64,000 nucleotides of DNA from assembly GCA_007131245.1 (NCBI GenBank), contig SLQX01000029.1, forward strand, positions 32,483-96,482, read 5' to 3'. The translations under genes were made by a program, and so were the position numbers. The notes under the pieces are model-generated. The model searched no databases. It was not told the origin of the DNA and worked only from the letters and a program-made list of their open reading frames with translations. The DNA is from Bacteroidales bacterium (GTDB lineage: Bacteria > Bacteroidota > Bacteroidia > Bacteroidales > UBA7960). This document shows positions 59,801 to 64,000 of the stretch, one piece after another (the stretch's first letter is position 1; every line of letters begins with the position of its first letter).

Positions 59801-60762
59801 AAAAAAATGCCACCCGCAATAAATACTGCCCAGGCCCTTTTGCTGATGGCTTGCAAATGCATTCCTTTGTCCATTTGGGAGATAACGTACCAGCTTGTAT
59901 CTCCCACAGGAGAAAGTGCGGCAAATACTTTTTCCCCGCCAAAGCCTGTGCCTGTTTGCATGCTTGTACTGTCATCCATCAACTTTTTAATCAACCCCTC
60001 TGTGATGTACTTATCCACTTTTTGAAAATAATCTTTTCTATGCACCGTGTCAGATGGCAGGAAAGTAAAGTATGTATCATCTTTCCTGAATATGAAATAG
60101 CTTGAAGCTTTGGTGGCAACGGAGTTTTGCTGCCAGAAAGTATCGTATAATCCGTAAGAGGGATTGATACGCATTATCAGGTAAAGGGGTGCCGGGTGTG
60201 CATGAAGATGAAGGGGGGACACCACAGCAAGGTACCATTGGTTGTTGCTTTTGTTACGATAAAAAGACACAAACCCCGGGTTGTCCCCCGGTGCAATGGT
60301 GCTGATTATTTCAGAAAAAACATCACGCTCAGGAGGGGGTGTGTTTTGGGGTGATGAAAACAGCACGTTATAAAGCTTATCAACCAAGATAACATCATAG
60401 GAGTGATCCTTTAAAAAAGGCTGAAGTTCGTCGAGAAGTTGTTGTTTTGTGGTGTGAAGTTCCTGGTTGTTGGCCAACTTGGCTGCAAGCTCATTGACCC
60501 GGGTATTGCTCATGAGAAACTCTGCATCCCTGGTCCTCTGGGTTTTCCAGTTAGCTATTGCGGACGCTTTGATATCTGCAATATTGGTGATGGTGCTTTC
60601 TGTTCTGGCGTAAAAGTGGTTGTAAAAACTGTTTAAATAATAAGCTCCGGCAAGTAACAATAAAAAGGAAATGACAATCAACCCCACCATCATGACAGTC
60701 CTGGTTGTCTTTCTAAGCGAATTGTTGCTGCCTTGCTTTGTATGTAAACGAGTGGGGCGCAT
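56878..60762 (-). CDS. Membrane hybrid sensor histidine kinase (periplasmic sensor domain - PAS - GAF - PAS - PAS - HisKA - HATPase_c - REC)
   Basis: 1294 aa. Two TM helices (VMMVGLIVISFLLLLAGAYYL and AWAVFIAGGIFLLSIVALGFVL) bracket about 270 extracytoplasmic residues. H-box is FLANMSHEIRTPLTGVLG, G-boxes are TDTGIGI / GTGLGLAISKD, and the receiver reads ILLAEDKEVNQKV...IILMDIQMPVMDG...LTKP. Confidence 0.92.
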   Translation of the reverse strand: MRPTRLHTKQGSNNSLRKTTRTVMMVGLIVISFLLLLAGAYYLNSFYNHFYARTESTITNIADIKASAIANWKTQRTRDAEFLMSNTRVNELAAKLANNQELHTTKQQLLDELQPFLKDHSYDVILVDKLYNVLFSSPQNTPPPERDVFSEIISTIAPGDNPGFVSFYRNKSNNQWYLAVVSPLHLHAHPAPLYLIMRINPSYGLYDTFWQQNSVATKASSYFIFRKDDTYFTFLPSDTVHRKDYFQKVDKYITEGLIKKLMDDSTSMQTGTGFGGEKVFAALSPVGDTSWYVISQMDKGMHLQAISKRAWAVFIAGGIFLLSIVALGFVLSRQQQLRLLRMSHENELLLDDLINNQPSGIYRVSVRPTLFQNIKNKFPVQYIFVSKQHEVITGLSEKALRENPKVILDVIHPDEREEFYQVNKMSVEKIMPFKWDGRLIKNNQVHWVRFESVPRLNPPDEVVFTGVVIDITHEKELEENIRKRETFGQLITKLSSSFVNVPVNDYDETIYNALREIGQFSNTDRSYIFIWNQENNTLENTHEWTASGTEPQIQNLQSLPCEDIPYWMKKLNNFEPILIHDVSKLPGEWETERKILEPQGVKSLIVVPIISEEKLYGFVGFDSVKTHRTWKDYEMQMLSVFADMVYNALERKKAEQSLLESQQMLRLILDSIDVRVFWKDTNLKYKGCNLAFLKDAGLEKMEDIIGKDDYQQKWIEQAEQYRRDDLEVIKNNQPKLNFEEVQTTPHGGTKWLNTSKIPLRNSKGEVIGMLGTYQNITEKKLAKDAMEASEKRYRTLTENAFDGIYLLRNKSFEYVNQRFCEITGYSFEVLTDKKFDILSLFTPESRKKAEERNQARKQGQPIPSTYEMQVNTPAGEVRDIEISTNQLNEIGEENLILGIMRDITERKNNEALRNDIAIARKSAQFKQNFLANMSHEIRTPLTGVLGMIEILSKTPLNESQSDYINTLRLSTENLREIINQILDYSKIEAGKVKLKPSDFQFGEMINAIIKVHGNAFKKKNIDTNVSIGQEVPSTIKADEQRVMQILNNLLSNAVKFTDHGKIDMLASASKGPDNDSWIIKITVTDTGIGIAPQALESLFQPFKQVDLADTRNFEGTGLGLAISKDLAELMGGEIGAKSTPGKGSTFWFTFVAHDASDIEKTPPVEKIQKVKSTTGLRILLAEDKEVNQKVVKLMLTAMGHKVTLAQNGHEAVTLFQPQMFDIILMDIQMPVMDGITAIRILREKHQSLPPVVGLSANAFEGDREKYMNLGMDEYLTKPLKSDELEKIINQFGKL

Positions 60763-61041
60763 GCCTGTATAAAAACGTACAATAAACCGAAGGTTTTTGG
60801 GCGGTGTAACTCCCTTATTTCCTCCTTTTGTGTGAATTGTTTTCCTTTGTTTCCTCTATAAAAAAAAGACCTGGTGCTTATAAAACACAACAGGAACCAG
60901 CTTTTATAGCTCCTGAAAACAAAAATAACTATTTATTTAAGAAACTTGTAGATTAATTGATGCAATTTATTTGTCCCGGGTGTTTTAAAGAAGGGGAACA
61001 GGGTAGATTCTCATGCCGGTGGGGTTAAAAACAAAAAAGGC

Positions 61042-63936
61042 TTATTTATTTTGGAAAAAACTTATCAACATTTCTTCCAGCGTTTCTTTTTTGATGGGTT
61101 TGGTCAGGTAGGCGTCCATCCCCTGGCCAGTGTATTTTTCTTTGTCCCCTTCGAAAGCATTGGCACTAAGCCCAATAATTGGGGGCAGTTTTTTGTAGGT
61201 CATTTTTAGTTTTTTCATTGTGGTTATACCATCCATCACAGGCATTTGTATATCCAACAGGATAAGGTCAAAGCGTTCCTTACTATACTTATCCAGTGCT
61301 TCATCCCCATTCTCTGCCAGCACCACCCGGTGTCCCATAGAATTAAGGATAAGCTTTACGACCTGTTGGTTTACCTTTTTATCTTCGGCAAAAAGGATGT
61401 TCAGTTGGTTGATTTTTGGTTTGGGCCTGGATGATTTGTCTTCACCACTTTGCAACTCTTCTGCCCGGGCATTAAAAGTAAACCAGAAAGTGCTCCCCTT
61501 ACCCCATTTACTATCAAAACCTATTTCTCCCCCGTGCATTTCGGCCAGCTTTTTACTGATGGACAATCCCAGTCCTGTGCCTTCATAAACACGGGTGTCA
61601 TGATCTTCAAACTGTATGAAAGGTTCAAATATATGCCTGTGCTTTTGGGCTGGGATACCCCTGCCCGTATCGGTAACTATTACTTTGATGGTAAGCCCGT
61701 TACCGGGAATCTGCTGCTTTACACGTTGGATGCGTAGCATAATCTTCCCCTGGTTTGTAAACTTTACTGCGTTGGATAGCAAGTTGTGAATAATTTGTTC
61801 AATGCGGGTCTGATCGGCTTTTATATGGGATGGCAGGCTGCTGTCTGTGGATAACTCAAAAGCAATGGGTTTTTGGCAAATACTTTTGAACAGGTTTTCT
61901 GCATCTGTTGATAGCTCCTGAACGGGGAAAGTGCGGTAATTGAGTTTTGCTTTTCCTTGTTCTATCCTAGAAAAATCCAGTACCTGGTTGATGATTTCAA
62001 GCAGGTTTTCGCCAGAGTTTTTGAGAAAGCCCACAAATTCTCTTTGTCTTTTGTTCAGCCTGGTTTTCTCCAGCATGTCAGTCATCCCTATTATACCGGT
62101 TAAGGGTGTCCGCATTTCGTGGCTCATGTTGGCCAGAAAATTTTTTTTGAACTCCGCGGATTTTACAGCCAGTTGCAACTCCTGCTCCAGTTCCTGCTTT
62201 TTTCTGGAATCCGTAATGTCCTGGCCAATGGACTGAAACTCGGTAATGGTTTCATCATCTGCAAAAAGCGCCAGGGTGTGCCATTCCACCCATACTTTTT
62301 CTCCATCCGGAGTTAAAACAATGCTTTTGGTTGAGTGCGAAGGACTTTTTACGCTGAAGAGCCTGAGATGTTCAAGGATGTTTTTATGGGTTTCGGGCGG
62401 GAAGAAATCCAGGAATTTTTTCTCCAGCATTTCTTCCCGGGTTTTTCCAAAAAAATGGCAATAGGCATGGTTTACGAAGGTAAGGGTTGTGTCGGTTGTA
62501 AACCTGCTAATCAGCTCCCGTTGTGTGTTAACAACAGATTGGTATCTTTTTTCGTTTTGGCGGAGCTGTTCCTCCATCTTTTTTTGATTTGTAATGTCCA
62601 GCAAAACTCCATCCCAAACAATCCCGTCATCGGGTTCTCTACGTGGTTTTGACATACCGCGGAGCCATTTGCGTTTACCGGTTTCAGTAGTGATACAAAA
62701 CTCGTGTTTCCAGTCGGAAAATTCGGCTGCAGCCTTTCTGATGGATTTTTCAAGGGGTTGCTTGTGTTCAGGGCACACATTTTTGAAGACCTCCTCAAAG
62801 TTTTGTAAAACAGATATGGGTTTTTCATAAATCTCACTGCCCCCTCCACTCATGAAAAGCAATTTAAAATCCCCCCGGGGGGTAATATTAAACTGGTAAA
62901 CAGCACCCGGAATATTGGATGCCAATTTTCTCAGTTTTATATCGTTTTCCTTTAACTTCTCTTCTGCTGTTTTCCGTCGTGATATATCTGTGGCAGAAAA
63001 GGCGATCCCTTCAGCAGGGTTTTCGGGGTTGATGCCGGCCGCGTTCAACAATATGTGTATGACGTTGCCCTGCTTGGTTTGCCAGCGTGTTTCGATCATA
63101 CCATGGCCAGACTCCTCAACCTGCCTGTAAATTTCCCTGCCCGCCATCTCATAATCTCTTTTGTCAGGATACAAAATCAATGTATTGGTGCCAATGAGCT
63201 CTTCCCGGGTATAGCCGGTCATCTGGCATACTTTTTCATTGACTTCCGTTATGATACGGTCTGCAACAAATCCTATTCCCGAAGGGTTTGCCGAGTAAAT
63301 GGTTTCGATTTTGGCTTGGGTTTTGTCCAGCTCTTTTTGGGCTATTTTTTTGTAAAACAAGCTGAGCACGATGGCAATTTGATCGGCCACCTGGCAGGCA
63401 AAACTTATTTCGTGATGAGCCCATTTGCGTTTAATGCCTTTTTGTTCAATACAAAGAACGCCGCGGGGCGTGCCTTCATTTAAAATGCCCACATCCAGCA
63501 TCGATGTTATCCTCAGTGGCTTGATGTATTTTTCCAGATACCCTTTTACACGTTCGTCGGTGAGGGCATCATGAGCATCAATGTATTTGTTTTTTTGCAA
63601 GTAAAAATATTCAGGGTTGTATTTTATGCCGCTCAATACCGTCCCGGAGTGATGGGTTTTAATTTCTCCGTCGTAAGTGTCAAAGCAGCGCAGTTTTTCT
63701 CCATCTTCATCAAAAAACCATACTCCCGTTCGCCAGACCTGAAAAAGTTCTGTTGACTTCTCTGTTACCAATTTAATAAAATCGTAAATATTACCTTCGG
63801 TGTAATGTTTCGAGGAGCTGAGTTCAAATAAAAGCTTTTGTTGCTTTTTGATGTCACGATTGACTTGCCTTACTTTTTTTCTCACGGTGAAATCATCATA
63901 GAGAAATAACATTTCACTGTGCCCCAGGCAAATCAT
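61042..63936 (-). CDS. Cytoplasmic hybrid sensor histidine kinase (GAF - PAS x3 - HisKA - HATPase_c - REC); the 5' end may lie beyond the window
   Basis: 964 aa from the ATG at 63936. H-box is FLANMSHEMRTPLTGIIG, G-boxes are TDTGRGI / GTGLGLSISKK, and the receiver reads ILFAEDKKVNQQV...LILLDIQMPVMDG...LTKP. The frame stays open upstream of 63936 to nt 64000 (EGESKEIIKHCSIYKKWFRIT-M), so the true start is uncertain. Confidence 0.9.
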   Translation of the reverse strand: MICLGHSEMLFLYDDFTVRKKVRQVNRDIKKQQKLLFELSSSKHYTEGNIYDFIKLVTEKSTELFQVWRTGVWFFDEDGEKLRCFDTYDGEIKTHHSGTVLSGIKYNPEYFYLQKNKYIDAHDALTDERVKGYLEKYIKPLRITSMLDVGILNEGTPRGVLCIEQKGIKRKWAHHEISFACQVADQIAIVLSLFYKKIAQKELDKTQAKIETIYSANPSGIGFVADRIITEVNEKVCQMTGYTREELIGTNTLILYPDKRDYEMAGREIYRQVEESGHGMIETRWQTKQGNVIHILLNAAGINPENPAEGIAFSATDISRRKTAEEKLKENDIKLRKLASNIPGAVYQFNITPRGDFKLLFMSGGGSEIYEKPISVLQNFEEVFKNVCPEHKQPLEKSIRKAAAEFSDWKHEFCITTETGKRKWLRGMSKPRREPDDGIVWDGVLLDITNQKKMEEQLRQNEKRYQSVVNTQRELISRFTTDTTLTFVNHAYCHFFGKTREEMLEKKFLDFFPPETHKNILEHLRLFSVKSPSHSTKSIVLTPDGEKVWVEWHTLALFADDETITEFQSIGQDITDSRKKQELEQELQLAVKSAEFKKNFLANMSHEMRTPLTGIIGMTDMLEKTRLNKRQREFVGFLKNSGENLLEIINQVLDFSRIEQGKAKLNYRTFPVQELSTDAENLFKSICQKPIAFELSTDSSLPSHIKADQTRIEQIIHNLLSNAVKFTNQGKIMLRIQRVKQQIPGNGLTIKVIVTDTGRGIPAQKHRHIFEPFIQFEDHDTRVYEGTGLGLSISKKLAEMHGGEIGFDSKWGKGSTFWFTFNARAEELQSGEDKSSRPKPKINQLNILFAEDKKVNQQVVKLILNSMGHRVVLAENGDEALDKYSKERFDLILLDIQMPVMDGITTMKKLKMTYKKLPPIIGLSANAFEGDKEKYTGQGMDAYLTKPIKKETLEEMLISFFQNK

Positions 63937-64000
63937 GGTAATCCTGAACCATTTCTTATAGATGCTGCAATGCTTAATGATCTCTTTGCTTTCACCCTCT

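Overview
The window looks like a chromosomal segment of a Bacteroidota genome. Supporting signs are type-A T9SS C-terminal sorting domains, TTTG/TAnnTTTG-type promoter boxes, and a sigma54-activator/lptE/TPR/secG/groES-groEL gene order. Housekeeping genes make up most of it: pheT, groES-groEL, secG, metG, tRNA-Arg(CCT), kbl, an S41 protease, rnpA-yidD, hemD, pta-ackA, dnaX, an M16 peptidase pair and xseA. There are three less ordinary regions. (1) A surface-protein cluster at 5.3-17.5 kb holds a 3342-aa T9SS-secreted giant protein and an upstream two-gene operon (a small T9SS protein plus a FISUMP-domain protein). (2) A signalling island of about 14.7 kb at 49.3-64.0 kb holds six consecutive minus-strand genes. 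Five are PAS/GAF-rich sensor kinases, three of which share a paralogous transmitter-receiver module, and one is a stand-alone receiver. No DNA-binding output or HPt gene is present in the island. (3) A tandem pair of membrane-anchored coiled-coil paralogues lies at 0.5-2.4 kb. Two homopolymer sites are the most specific observations. An A11 run in dnaX is followed by stop codons in both alternative frames within three codons, which resembles a tau/gamma recoding site. An A9 run splits a REC-PAS-kinase gene exactly inside its PAS domain. I saw no CRISPR array, transposase, integrase, rRNA or prophage signature. All functional calls come from reading the translated ORFs and motifs by eye, with no database search.
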